The notes: generated from the sequence alone by a model not told the origin. A DNA stretch of 64,000 nt from Lama glama (GCA_028534125.1 CM052816.1:65536001-65600000); one strand, 5' to 3'; shown: positions 12,806-26,593, counted from the stretch's first letter. Made by a program: numbers and translations.

Positions 12806-13089
12806 AGCCAGAGCTCATACTTCATTCCGTTCTATCTTCAGAAACAGTTTGCACACGAAAATGTGCGTAGAAAGTGCGTGGATATATGTTGTGTGGATTT
12901 ACTTTATAAAATTCTCATTGGAATGGTAACTAAAAGATCTATGCTGATCATTGGCAATGATTAAATCGAACAAAACATTTACATTAATACTTGATATAGA
13001 AGGGTCTGCTCCCGTTTTCTTTATTATGTTTCTCTTCAAAATTGAGAACTGATATAGTCTCACTGCATACATCGTAATAATGGAATCCG

Positions 13090-13290
13090 GTAGTAATAAT
13101 AGTAACAAAAATAGCAAGAATAGTAACAGCTGACACTTACAGGGTATTTACGTGCCAGGTACTTGTTCCGCATTTTATGTATATTAACCCGGTTAATCTT
13201 CACAAACACTTGAGTTAAGATGCATGATTGTCTTTCCATGTTTTTAGATCAGAAAGTGGAGAAGTAGGTAGTCTGACCTGTGTCTTTACC
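13090..13290 (-). mobile_element. MIR SINE
   Basis: aatagtaacagctgacacttacagggtatttacgtgccaggtact...ttaatcttcacaaac matches the reverse MIR core. Confidence 0.7.
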
Positions 13291-14599
13291 GTAACGCTGT
13301 GCTGGTTCTCATCAAGCTGCCGCTGCCTTTTCCTGCGCTTTCTGGTTAGAGTGCAGTGCTATAGACCTGACGAAACAGAGCACTTATGGTTCTGCAGAAT
13401 GTGAAAGTGAAACTTGGGGAATACTTAGGGAATGGACAATGTGCAGTGCTGTGGATCTACACCTCTCAAGTTAAGAGGTTGAAAAAAATTAAAAAATAAA
13501 GTAAAATTAACTTAAGGGGTTTAGCTAGATGAACCCCAGAATTCTGTTTTAAATGGTGGCACTGACTGGTAAATTACAGACTTAAAATTATTGTTTTCAC
13601 ATTATCAACTGGAAGATGATGAAAATGGGTAGAAAATTCTGAGACTGTGGGAGGGGTCTTTAAGCTTGTGAGATATTTAGAAAAGAAAGAAAAAAGAAAG
13701 AGAAAAAAAAATCTGTGTGATCCCTATTGTGACCTCAAAATATGGAATAAAAACCATGGTTTTAGAAATTTCCCATGTAATATGTTAAGTGCCGAAAAGC
13801 AGGGTCCTAGACCAGGACCCTCAGCACACCATGGCATCCTACTGTGCCTGACATGTCACAGCAACAGTCCAGAAAGGGTTGAAATTTAACCTTTTCATGG
13901 GGTACCTTAGTGTGAAACCAGCCTTTTGAGGGATAGCCAGGTGACTTCAGCATAAGTGAAAGAACAATTCATCAATCAACATTTATATAAATATTTATTG
14001 CAAATGATGCATTTATATGAGTATTTAAATAATTATTTACATTCAAATTAAGGGAATTACCCATATGATCATAATATTACAACTATGTCTTTTCTTTCTT
14101 TCATACCCTAATGATTTCAAGCAGTTTCTGATTCTGTTATGTCCTCGGAATTTCATCTATATTCCAAAAGAGTCAGTGACCCTCAGTAGCCTGTTTTTAA
14201 GTGGCTGAACTAATTCTAAGAGAGATGCTGTCAACTTTGACCGTAAAAGTGATAAACATGAGTAGAACCTCGAAAGGATGTCTCGTAAGCACATTGTGAA
14301 TATGTAGTGTTAGAGAGGGTGTTGGTAAAACACTTCTCATTATACATGTTAACCTTTACTCTTGCTTTTGCACATTCATCTCACTTAAAATTTTTATAAA
14401 TATCATTATCCTATGATAGAGGCAGAGAAAGAATTATCTCCTCCCCTATTCTACAGAGGAGTACCTGAATCTCATAGAATTAAAGTATTTGCTCAATATC
14501 AGTTAAGAAATGCCAGAGACCTAAACTACTGTTGTCATCATCTAGTCTTAGGGATACATTTATTCTCAACTTCTTAAGGTTTAAGGATGGGTAGGATTT

Positions 14600-15380
14600 C
14601 TGCAAAAGTAGGAACAGCATAATTACCGACAGAGGAAAGAACACTGAACAGATATACAGAAACAGGAAGCATGGTGCAATTTTGGGAAGGAACCAGTGGG
14701 CCAGGAAGCTCAAGTACAGGGTGAAGAGAATTAGCAGGCGGATGTTGATGGGATGCTGTCAAAGGTCTGTCTGGAGTGGTTTCCAGGGAGTATAGCCAGG
14801 GTGTGTGGTCTAGGAAACATGAAGACTGGTGGCTTAAACGTGGTAAGAGGTAAGGTGGAGTTAAATTGGTGACAATGGAGAGACTCAGGGATAGATATGA
14901 GAGATATTTCAAAATTATCATAACATATTTCACAAATTAATATGGTAGTTGAGAAAGAGTGAGACACCCAAGGTGATTCTCCAGTTCAGGCCCGAATAAT
15001 TGGGCAAATGATGAGGCAGGAACAGAAATCGAGAAATCAGGAGAAGATCCTGAACTGGGAGAAGATTGTGGGAGCGCTTTGTTGCGTTTGAGTGTTAATG
15101 GGCGATGCAAGTAGTTATGCCTAACCTGGAGGCGAGGTCAGAGTGGAGGTCTGAAGTCGAAAAACATTCATGTAACGGGGCCATTTCAAGCCACTGAAGT
15201 GATTGAAAGAAACTTTGGAAAGAAAAAGGGCTGTGACTAAATCTTCAAAATGGGAGCAGGAAGTCAATGCAAAGCCAATGAAGAGAGACGAACCTGAGCA
15301 GATAAGGCAGTAGGAGAACCAGACTAGGACGCTGTCCTGGAAACTCCAGGAGGATTTCACAAAAGAGAGGAGAAGCAGTA
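14600..15380 (-). mobile_element. L2 fragment
   Basis: Purine-rich decayed L2 body (tttggaaagaaaaagggctgtgactaa, aggcagtaggagaaccagactaggacgctgtcctggaaactccag). Confidence 0.6.
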
Positions 15381-15585
15381 ATTACACAGTCTTTAAAGCT
15401 GACCTGACGGATCAATCGTGGCACTGTTTTGAATTCTGTGAGAGAAGAGGGATGATTTTAGTGACTGCATCTTCTCCAACACTTATCTTTTAATTATCTT
15501 TTGTCTTTTAATTTTAATTAAACACACACAGATGGGGACTTGATTTCAAATTACATTCAGTACAACATATGTATTATCTGAAGGT

Positions 15586-16121
15586 CGCAGACACCAGTGG
15601 TTGACCCTCCACAACCTATTTCCTCTCTTCTCTTGCCAAAGAAAGATACCAATTCTTTCTTCAGATGTCACTCTTCTCAGGAAAGGCAGCCTATCTCCAG
15701 TTCAGGGGTAAGCCGGATAGTCTACGTTCATAGGATCATCTCTAGTTCCCTAAAAGTGACTGTCCTAGTAATGGGCAGGTGACACAGTTCTGGAGCATGA
15801 GGAGTGAAGTCAGTTTGCTGGAGGGCTTCTTAACACAGATGCTCAGGAGAAGCGTTTATTCTGGGCTTTGCCTTGTCGGCAGTAGATCTCAGTGCTAAAG
15901 TGTCATCTTGTGACCACTAGAGGAATCTTGGCACATAGAGGATGTGGTGCAGAAAGATGGAAAGGGTGTTCTTCCTGGATATTACCGTCATGCCACTTAA
16001 CCAACCCTGTGGTCACCTGTCTCTGGACTTTTTGGTGGCTGAAGTTTGATATTTCCTCATTTGTAAAACCAGCAGAGTCATAGTTTTCTATAACTTGAAG
16101 CCAAAGGCATGTCCACTGATA
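15586..16121 (+). mobile_element. MaLR LTR (old MLT1, K/L-like)
   Basis: gggcaggtgacacagttctgg, ctctggactttt and terminal cttgaagccaaaggcatgtccactgata are typical of old MLT1 LTRs. Confidence 0.65.
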
Positions 16122-18067
16122 AAAAGTGTAAAGTTTACATTTTAACTTTGTTCTTGTCATTGTGAAGTTGCCAAAGCCTCCAGGTAAAGAACCCCGCACA
16201 AAAAGGCTGGATGAAAGAAAGCTTTTCTTCTGAACCATGATAAAGATTTCTGGCAGGGAGGCTGGGCAAGCCTGGTGAAGCTTCTCAGGCTAACTGGTAA
16301 TGTGTGTGTTTTGCTAAACAGGCGACAGTTGATAAATCAAACTTTTGAGTTGGACAGGAAGCTGTGTTGGGCTATAATAGTCACTTACATAGTGCATTTC
16401 ATGGAATTATCCTGTTTTGTTGTTCATTTTGGCATTTTCTAAGCTGTAGTCTGACCTGTACACATTATTCTTCTGCACAGCATCTAGGACCTACCTACAC
16501 CTAGACCTGCATCCTTAAGACATGCAGTGAAATCAAGTGTCTGCGGTTGGGAAGAGGGTACTACAGTCGATCTTGCAGAAAAGAGTTGGAATACTAACAA
16601 AAAATGTAGAGATTTCACTCTGACCTCAGGACTGGCCAATAATATCTGTCCTACTGCTAACACAGACAGGCTAATTATAAGACATCACTGTCATTCTTCT
16701 TGGAATCCTAAAATCAGGAGAGTTGAGGGGGCAGATTCTTACGGGATTGTGAAATCTATCATTGCTAGGACGTTTTACAATTCAGTTGCTTACTCTTTCT
16801 AAAAATCTGCCATCCAGCAGTCTTTTTCGGTAACAGCAAGCCGTGCTGTGCATTCCTATGAATAAAATGCACAGTAACTGCATCCAAATACAGTGACTGA
16901 GCTGTTTGAGTCCTCCTTGGAATATTTTTTTTAGATCTGTTTAAGCAGAGACCCTTTATTGCTTGTTGAAAATTCGAAAAGATTTCAGTCTATGTTTAGT
17001 AAATTGCAAGTAACTATATAGGATTCCTAAAGGATTCCTATAGTCTTTTCTAAAATAATGTTTTTGGAGATTTTGATGCTGTTACTGTTATTTGGGGGTG
17101 AGAAGCCCATTAAAGAACCCAGCAAAAATTGGGAGAATTAGTCTTTTGACAATCATAATAAGTTAGGTCATTTCAGATCATCTGCACATTAAATTTTGCT
17201 GCAATAATTGTGTGCTTCTGTACTTTGACAGTATGTGAACTATCCAATCATAGGATTTTGCAAGAGGGTCTGAGGAGGAATTCTTTTGACTGTACTGTTG
17301 TTATAGGTTTTTTCCTTAGTTGTGTTATATTTCTTTTTGGATAGGAATTTTATGTTGGTAAAAGTAAGAGATTTAGTGACTTGAGGCAGAAAAAGTATAT
17401 TCACAAGAAAGTAAGATACTTACTCCTTCAACTTGGAGTTCTCTTTAGAATGTTAGCACCAAAGACAGTCCTGGAAGCATTGTAACATTACTCCAGCAAG
17501 TGCCTTAACATAAAACAAAGAAGTCTGTCCATTAGCAGTGGTTACTTTGCTTGCCAGGATACGTGGAGGAAGCTCAAGGTAGAAACTCGAGTTTCTACCA
17601 CTGGAAATTTACTCTTATCACCCTCGGAAGGCTCTGGAAAGACAACCAGTTGACTGATACTCCTTTCGTGACATTTCAACTTTATTTGTATGGAGTATTT
17701 TGGTCCATATACATTTGTCCATTTATTTGTATGGAGCATTAGGTCCAATTTTGGGGGGACACGTAGCTGTAGAGAAGCAAGAGATCATAATAGTGAAAAT
17801 AATTACTTTATATTGGTGGCTGGGTGTATGACTCCACAAATGTGTGTTTTCCTAGGCGTTAGTAACATCCTTTTTGGAGATAAGCTGGCTCCAAAAAATT
17901 CTATCCACAGAAAGTTGCTATTCTCTAAAGGGTAATGAGGGGAGTATGTTCATCTCAGTCTGATGGACAGAACTTTGCCATTTAAAAAATTGGTTTCTCT
18001 TAAGTGTAAATAGGTTAACTTTGACCAAGAATAGTGTGGTTATTGGCATCAGAACTTTCATCAACTC

Positions 18068-18208
18068 AGTGGGGAGGGTGTAGCTCAGTGGTAGAGCGCA
18101 TGCCTAGCATGCATGAGGTCCTGGGTTCAATCCCTAGTACCTCCATTAAACAAATAAATAAGTCTAACTACCTCCCAAGCCAAAAAACAAACAAACAAAC
18201 GAAAAAAC
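18068..18208 (+). mobile_element. tRNA-Ala-derived SINE (Vic-1-like), long-tail form
   Basis: tRNA head plus an extra taaataagtctaactacctccc block and (CAAA)n tail. Perfect 18-bp TSD cagaactttcatcaactc at 18050-18067 and 18209-18226. Confidence 0.95.
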
Positions 18209-18374
18209 CAGAACTTTCATCAACTCTGCAAATTTCTTGTCACCATCTACATTTAGTAACATTACGGCTGTTACTAAAATACATCAGAATGAAGGAAATG
18301 CTTTTTAAAATAGGCAAGCCTTGGTTGCTTTGACTTCAATTTTAAAACAAAGCGTAAATGTAACTTTATAGATA

Positions 18375-18493
18375 TCAGTGGTAGAGTGCGTGCTTAGCAT
18401 ACACGAGGTCCTGGGTTCAATCCCCAGTAACCCTTCTAAACATAAATAAATAAACCTAATCACTTCCCCCTGTAAGCAAACAAACAAACAAAC
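18375..18493 (+). mobile_element. 5'-truncated tRNA-Ala-derived SINE, long-tail form
   Basis: Begins mid A box (tcagtggtagag) with the same tail block and (CAAA)n. Short TSD agatat at 18370-18375 and 18494-18499. Confidence 0.9.
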
Positions 18494-21399
18494 AGATATT
18501 ATTTATATTTTACATGGTTTTCCCTGCCCTTAAGTATTGATTTCTCAGAATTGGGTACTGAACCCTTTATACCAAACTCCAGTGTAGGAAATAGGTAAAA
18601 TGGAGCCATAATGGTTGGGTTAGGGCAAGGATGGGTCTGGAGATTCACTATTCATCTTTCTCTTCCCATCTTCTTGCTCTTCCCATCTTTGTCCTCTCTG
18701 CTTTAGTTTGACACACACGTTTTACCAAAAGATCTTCGTTTCTAATTCCCAAGTCTGTGGTACCCATTCAATAAGTTTCTCCTTGAGTTTGAGCTCCATT
18801 AAACCATGTAACCTGTACCCTAGACTCACTTTCTCTTGTCCCTCTCTCTCTTCCCATTTAATCAGTTATTGTCATTTCCTTATCACAAGAATGTGCTTGC
18901 ATCTCTCTCCTCTTCTCTATTCCTGATGTTTTAATTCAGGCCCCCATTTTTTTTCTTATGGGATGATTTTCCTGGCCCCTCACTGATTTTCTGCCTCTGA
19001 TTCATTTGTTACTAGTATCTAAACTTTTTGATCTCATATGTCGTAAGAAAAGGAAAAAAAATTGAACATGAACTCCCAATATGTTTGTTTAGGTAGGTAT
19101 GAATTTATATGTTATATGCTAATGTGTGAAGTTAAAACAAATATCAAAATTAAATAGGATTTTTCACACACACAAACACACTTTTATATTTCTTCCCATA
19201 TCCTATGGATGGCTTGACTACTCTCTAGAATGTACATACCCCATTTTGGAGACTATTACTCTATGCCTGACAGGGAATTTTTCTGAAATGGAACTGTATG
19301 CTTAAAGTCTTTCAGTGGATCTCAAGGAATAGTGGATAAAATCTAAAGTCTTAATGCAGAAGACAAGGCTGTTTATGAACCAACTGTTGACTACTTCTCA
19401 AAACTAAAATAAAATAATATGACTGGGCCAATGTTACAGCCAGACTTTGTGGTATGAGATATCTACATGACTCTCAACACAAGACTAAACAAATAATTAT
19501 TTAATAACAACACTAAACAAAGATTATTAACTTTCTGGATGGTATTGGGGGATAAAATGCATATGTAGGGTTCTATAGCCTTTATATATATATCAGTCCT
19601 TGGGAAACTTAGTGAGTGAGCAAAAAAGAATAAAAAGTTGGTATTGGCATCACTTCATTGAATCTACAAATTTCTTGTCAACATCCTGTTTCTGTAGTAC
19701 ATCAGAATGAAGGAAATGCTTTTAAAAAACAGGCAAATATTGTTTACTTTGGCTTCAATTTTAAAACAAATCTCTACATCCTCTTTACAATATGAAGGAG
19801 GGAGGAAAAAGGAGACATTTCCTACCAATGTGTTGAAATGAGATGAGCTTAGTAAAAAGAGCAGAGCTGAATGTTATGTTATCCTGTTAAGCTTTGTCAG
19901 GCCCTCCTGCCTTGATGCGGTTCAAATTTCTGCCATATATTTTGATACTTTCTGTCTCCATAGCAGTTGGCCAGGAATACGTTGCCAGAAATGACACAGA
20001 AAATGCAACTAATTTATAAATAGATCCTCCTGTTTCATAGAAGCCATTATTTAAGAAATTATGTGAGATATTGTGGGAGATGGAACATATGGTGGAATTG
20101 TTCATTGCTTAGAAAAATATAAATAGTTAGAAATATCAAAATAAAACAAAGCAAGCATCAGACAGATTAAATGGTTATTCAATTTTTCTTTCATATGGCA
20201 AAGAAAAGACATTAAATTGATTTTATATTTGAAAAAATCAGTGGAAATAAGCTAATAGGTAATTTCTAAATCTTATTTTCTAAGTAAGCAATTAAGAAAT
20301 AAATCACTTTGTTCTAGGAATACCAGAGAGACAAACGGCAAAGCTTAAAATGAAACAGTGACTCAATAAATTATTTAAACCTAGGCCGTATTAAACTATG
20401 GTTAACATTTTCCAACTTACAATCTAATCATTTATTTAAAAAATCCTCTGTGTCTGTTGGTACATACATTATCTTATTCATAAATGTATTTGGGTAGAAT
20501 TAGAAATGTCTGCAGTTTTTGAAAGGAAAACAATTAATGACAAATAGCAGAATTAAAAGTTATCTTTCTGGAATCTAGGAGTCTCACTTTTCTCTGCCTA
20601 TTTTCCATTGTTCGACATATGAAATACTGTAAAATTAAAATACAAAACAATGAGTATCTAATTGTTTAAGTTCCTTTCATTGAGGGCAATTTGTCTGGTT
20701 TCTTAGACACAATTAAAAGGAGATGGTACATGCGGTTTCTTTAAAAGAGTGCTTTTCTTTCTTTTGATTTTATAGAATCATTTTAGGAGTAGCAAACTCA
20801 GTGCCCCAGTGGTGTTTAGTTCTCATGATTTTTCATTTCAAACCATTTTTAAAAGTAAACTCTTTGAGTAGTGTGATCATATGCATGGGAAACTGAAATT
20901 AAAGTGTTTAAACTGTTGTGACAAACAACAGATATTCAGGGTCAGTGCAAGTAAGGCTACAGATAATCACTCCATCTGCTCCGTTTTTGGCAAAAATGAG
21001 GCCCAGCTGTTGCAGTGTACCTTTTCCTTCTCCTGTATCTTGGCCATTTGCAAATAAGATTTACAAAGAGAAAGCTGAATTGCTCAGGCTTTTCCCTGAG
21101 ATCTTGTAAAAGAGTTCCTCTCTATCCAATGTATTTTCTGATTTTCCTGTCAGTTCAATAGATTGAGCCATTAGATCCATTAGAAGAAAGTGGAGGGGAG
21201 GGTTCAATGAAACCTTCCACAGGGTACAACTGGTTGGGTCTAGGACCATTGAATTGCTGCCGTTGGTGTCACTAGGCTGTCAGGCCAGCCCTGATCGACT
21301 CAACCTGATGCTCAAAGGAAATTAGATTTAGGGGGGAAAAGCAGGCCCCTAATGCTGGTGCTATTTTATTCTTTTTCTTTCTAATAGATAAATAATTAC

Positions 21400-21804
21400 A
21401 TAGCAGTCAGCTTTGCTGTGGTGACAAGCAGCTCCAATCTCAGGTTCTTAAAATTCTAAACGTGTGTTTCTTGCTTGGTTACACATAGGTGCTGCTAGTC
21501 TGCAGCTCTGCAATGTGTGTCTTCTCATTCTGGGTTCAGGCTGAAGGAATGACCCCTACATGGGATGGTTGAGAGATATGAACAAGAGGCTGGTGGAAGC
21601 ACAGAGGCTTGTTAGAATTTTTGCTCTGAAACCACCTACTGTCACTTTCACTCACTTTCCATTGACCTGGGTGAGTTTATGACCAAGTAGACAATGGGGC
21701 AAAGCAATATATTCCCCCTACAAGAAGGCCTAGAAATTCACTTGGCAAATCTTCTTATAGAAAAAAAAGTAAGTCATTGGGAGTGATAATGCAACCCACC
21801 ACAG
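21400..21804 (-). mobile_element. MaLR LTR (old MLT1)
   Basis: gctttgctgtggtgacaagcagctccaatctcag...tgtcactttcactcactttccattgacc...aacccaccaca matches reverse MLT1J/K/L-type LTRs. Confidence 0.7.
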
Positions 21805-24800
21805 TACATGCTGTTCATAAATATAGCAACCACAAGCAGACTATACGGACAAAATCCCTACCCTCAAGCCACAGCTTTCTCTTGCATTACAGGGCTGCTT
21901 GGCATCTCTTTTCCTGTCTGAAATGAACCACTCAGTTGATTTTAACCTGATTTTTACAGACCCATAAAGAAGGCAAGAGAGATGCAGTGGGCCCAGGAAG
22001 AAGTGAGAATATTGCTAGCTGTGTGATTCATTCTAGACTCTGACCAGGTTCTGCTTCATTCCTGGATCTCCTGTTATGGAATATTAATAGTCTTGTGCAT
22101 GGTAGACTCCTATGCACAAGTTTATTCACCTTGTTTTAGCTCAGACAGTACAAGCCAATGATTGGCCACTTAACCATGCAGTTAAGAGGGACATCTGAGT
22201 GTTGCTTATGCAAAAGTCCGGGATCTATACCTGTCACTTTGTAAGCAGACAAAATGTGGGCTGCATGTGGGCTGGATATGTCAACAGCTTGCTTATGTTA
22301 CCTGTCATTCATTTTTGTCACATAAATTAGCATCCTAATGGCACGCCTTCACTGTGTTCCCTCCCTGTCCTCTCTAGCCCCTTAACTTGGAGCAGCTAAT
22401 GAAGTTTTCAGACATCATTTGATAGTTTTACCTCTTCAGAACATAATACTAAGGAAAAGCCTTTTAATTTGAGCAAATTTTGTCTGTTTATTTTTAACAA
22501 ACAACGTATTGTTTACATTGCCAGAAATTTTAAAATGCTCTTATCTTTATTAAAACTTTGTAAAAGTAAAACATGCCAAGATCTTCAGGAGGATCATTGC
22601 AGGAGCTAGATGGCCAAAAAGGTGGCAAGATTGCTGTGAAGTGACAGTGGTTATAACTGCATCAGCAAAACCATCCTTTCTCCTGGATCCTTTTAGTATT
22701 AGCTATAGAGTAGACTGGCCAGTAGGGGTTAGTCTGTGCATATGATCTCAGAGTGGTGAATTAGAACTTGAAGAAATAATGACAGTATCTTTTAAAATAG
22801 CTCTTCTTGTGGTGAATTTCGTTACAAGACCTAGAATTTGTGATAACTTGTTTTGAGCACTGTTTCAGCAGCTTTTATCCCATTCATGTGACTTTGAGGC
22901 ATATTTCAATAATTCATTCATTCAGCCTGGCTGATTGTCTACCCTTCATTAAATCAAATCCACAGATCAAAATTGTAAAGTAGCTCTATAATCCAATTTA
23001 GCATCTTTTTTTTTTTTTTCCATGGGTAGTGTTCTCCATCCCTGAGGTTTGGATTCTAGACACCCTGGAACACAAAGCCTTGTCTGAATGTAGTCAAAAT
23101 GCTAATTTTTAAAAAGGCAAATATACAACCACTTTCAGTGACCCGAAAATAGCACCTGCTCTCTGGTCTAGTGGCTCTTCAGTTTTAGAAAATAAATTGC
23201 TTTTGAAATTTAGAGAGAAAATTGGAGAGAAAAAGGAGGGCAAAATAATTAATTCTCATGGTTATTTGTCCTTGAGGGAGAGAAGATAAATGAAAGTAAG
23301 TGGTTTTGAATACAGTTTCCATAAAAAGGAAAGAAAACTTGAAAAAAATAAGCTTTTTGTCTGAAGCCCAAATTAGTAAGAATGTGTTCTGCTTACAAAA
23401 CATTGGACAGAAAGACTTCATTGAATAAAATACTATTCCCTCCAAAGGAAATATATGTATAATATAATACATTATGTTATATACATTATATATATATTTA
23501 AAAAAACCAAACGGTTGAACTGCAAGAGTTATTAATTTGATGTTCCTTTTAAAAATTTTTATCAAGATTTAATTGACATAATTAATGTTTCTTTAAAAAC
23601 AGTCAAGTTGGTTACAAGACACTTGCAAGAGAGTGGGAGTCTTCTAATTGCCCATGTCTTGATGCATGTGGAGTCCAAGGATGCACAGTGTGGTTCAGAT
23701 CATGCCACATACAATGGAGAAATCTGATCCTTTGATAGGTGAGAAAGAGGACATTATAATAAGTGACATTCAAATATGGTTAAAACTCTTCATGCAGTTT
23801 GGTGTAGACGTCAGATAGTGTCACTGAACCCCGTGTCAGAGAAAGGGCCAGCTGGAACAAAGTACTAAATAAAAACAATAGTTTTCAATAGATCATCTGT
23901 ATGACTCCTTACCTGTGAAGACTCAGTCTCTTCTCTCATCGCATTATTACTGGAGGCGACACTTTGAAAAGAAAAGCACTTCTCAGTTGTGGTTTTGGTT
24001 TTCATCACAGTTTTCCCCACTTGGCTAGTTTGTAGAAGAAACAATAATGTAATTCATCATTCCTCTGCACTAACACTGTCCCTAGCTACCTAGATTTGAA
24101 AGATTTTTCTGCCCATTTTCTTCCACTTCCTGTGTGATGAAATCCTTTTTAGGGCCTCATGTCACTTCTGTTCAAAGTTCTCTTCTAGATCTTAAAGAGA
24201 AAGATTTACCCAGTTTATCTACGTTTGCCAATGAGGAACCATTATGTTAGTTCGCCCCTCTAAGTGACTCACTCTAGGCGATTCCTCCCATCGGACATTT
24301 GTTTGAAATTAGCAAAAGTTGCTTTTATGTACTACTAAACACACCCCTTGCTGGCTTAGAGATCTCCCTAGGAATTTGTAACTTTAGACTAGACAGTGAA
24401 GGCTTGGGCTTAAAATATTTAAGTTGCCTCAAAAGTTTCTAAAAAAATTACAAAGATATTTTTCAAACCATGCAATAAAGGAGAATCTTTGGCACTGTCA
24501 TTTATAATTATGGGCCACTGGATTCATTCAGGCAACGTCAGACACCAAGTGACCCATTTGAAAATCTAGCTGTCCACTTTGGCTCTGAAGTAGGTGGTAT
24601 AGGGTGGAATCTCAAAAGTTGGGGTTGATATTCAGCACATCTGAGGATCCCAGCACCCAGGACCAACACTGGCTAGGTATAAGACTTTAGTGAGTAATGT
24701 TTGCATGAGCTTCAGGTCTTCCTTCCTTTTTTTTTTAATCTATAAAGTAATGACATCTTTCTCACACAATTTTTTAAGGATTAAATAAGACAATATGTTT

Positions 24801-26059
24801 AAAAATTGATTATCACTATACCAGGCATAGAGTAAACAGAGTTTTTTAAAATTTTTAATAGTGCTTTTATAATTATTATTTTTATATGTTGATCCTAATT
24901 CAACAAACATGTATTATATTTCAGCCCAAAACTGAATGTCCCCTTTCTCATTCATCAAAGGGCCAACCTCCTGCTCCAGTGTCCATGGCAAAGTCTGGGC
25001 CAAGCTGTGGGTCCTTGAGCTTCATATACCTCAAGGCATAGGCAGTTAGAAGACTCTCACTCTCTTGTAAAGCATAAAATGTCCCCTCATCCTACTGACA
25101 AGGATACTTCAGGGGTTTAAAGCCAATATGTGTTTTTTAGTAATACATTCACATATTTCCCTATCTGTGATGATAAGAGTTTATTAATTTGCAAAGAGGA
25201 GTAACATAAAACACTGATTAATTTCAGATTGCAAGATGTTAAACAGTGATTACGCAGTGAAAGTATAATTCAGAAAAAGCCTTATTGTAACACACAAAAT
25301 GTATTAGCATTTCTCTCTTTTTGGCATGAAGATGATTTATATATATTTGTATTTATTTCATAAATCTGCTACAATGAGCTAGTGATGTGTGTGCACTAGT
25401 TTGAAGAAAGAAGATTTTATTGAGTAATATTCTGCATAAATATAAATACCAGTAGATTAGTACATAAAAATCTCAATCCTCCTCATTAAGTTAAAATAAT
25501 TCAATGATACACATTATGTGTATAAATATTATATATATGTAAATATATAGATGGTGTATATAGATGGTATAAATACTGTAAGTTTATAGGGGAAAATATG
25601 GGGCTGCAGTTATTTTTTTAGAAAGTAAATGATGAAATTAGTTTCCATTAAAAATTTCATTTGTTCAGTGGTCTAGATTCATTTTAAAATTTAGAGAGTA
25701 GGACCCATGCACACCCTTAATTTGTTGTTGATAAAACCTCCAGTCACTGGCAAAGTGGAGGAAAAAATCACGTCTTATATGAAATTGTTTGATTCCCCAG
25801 AATTTCAATTTTGCTAGCAGTTGTGAACAATAAGTTACACTTCCTGAGACAGTCTTCAGTTTTAGCAATTATAATAGCAAAGAATTATGATTATTCATGA
25901 CCATTATTCATAACATAACAAATGGTTGTCATATATCTTGGATATTACTTGCATATAGTCCATTTGTAATTTTTTTCCTTTCTAATTTGTCCTTTCACTA
26001 TTTCAAAAAACTACTTTATGACCATATTTCTAAGTGTATGTTTTGTGAGGTAAGAATAA

Positions 26060-26310
26060 TTGTTCTGGTAGCAGGAGATACCATTTATTGGAATTCTTAC
26101 TACGTACTTAGTATTTTATGTGGAGTATTTGCTCCTAGGTCTTACAACAGCTCTAGGAGATAGGTTCTATTATCATCATAATAAAGAGACACTAAGGTTT
26201 AGAAGTTAGAAACTTCTAAACTCCTGAAGTTCTCACAAGTCATGATGGTATTATGCTAAGTAAGGACTTAGAAATGTCCGAACTTTCTCCTGCTTCATCC
26301 TACGTACAGT
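26060..26310 (-). mobile_element. MIR SINE
   Basis: ccatttattggaattcttactacgtact...tcttacaacagctctaggagataggttctattatc...gacactaaggtttaga. Confidence 0.65.
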
Positions 26311-26593
26311 TTAGGTTTGAGGCAGGGTTGCCTGCTGTCCTCAAATCCCAGATCCACATTTTTGGGTCTAATTGCTTCCCTGTCACCCGCATGACACATG
26401 GACTTGAGAGGTGCCTCCTAGCAAAAGAGATGGCAAACCTTGACTCTACTTACCTGGCCAGTCCTGGAGAAAGGAAGGTTAAGAGAGAGCACAGCAGGTT
26501 CCCTTATCACATTGTGTCCCTTTCCTGGAGAACTTGGCCCAATGCCTTGTAATCTGATGCATCACATTCACAAACTTTTCTTCCCTTGTGCCC

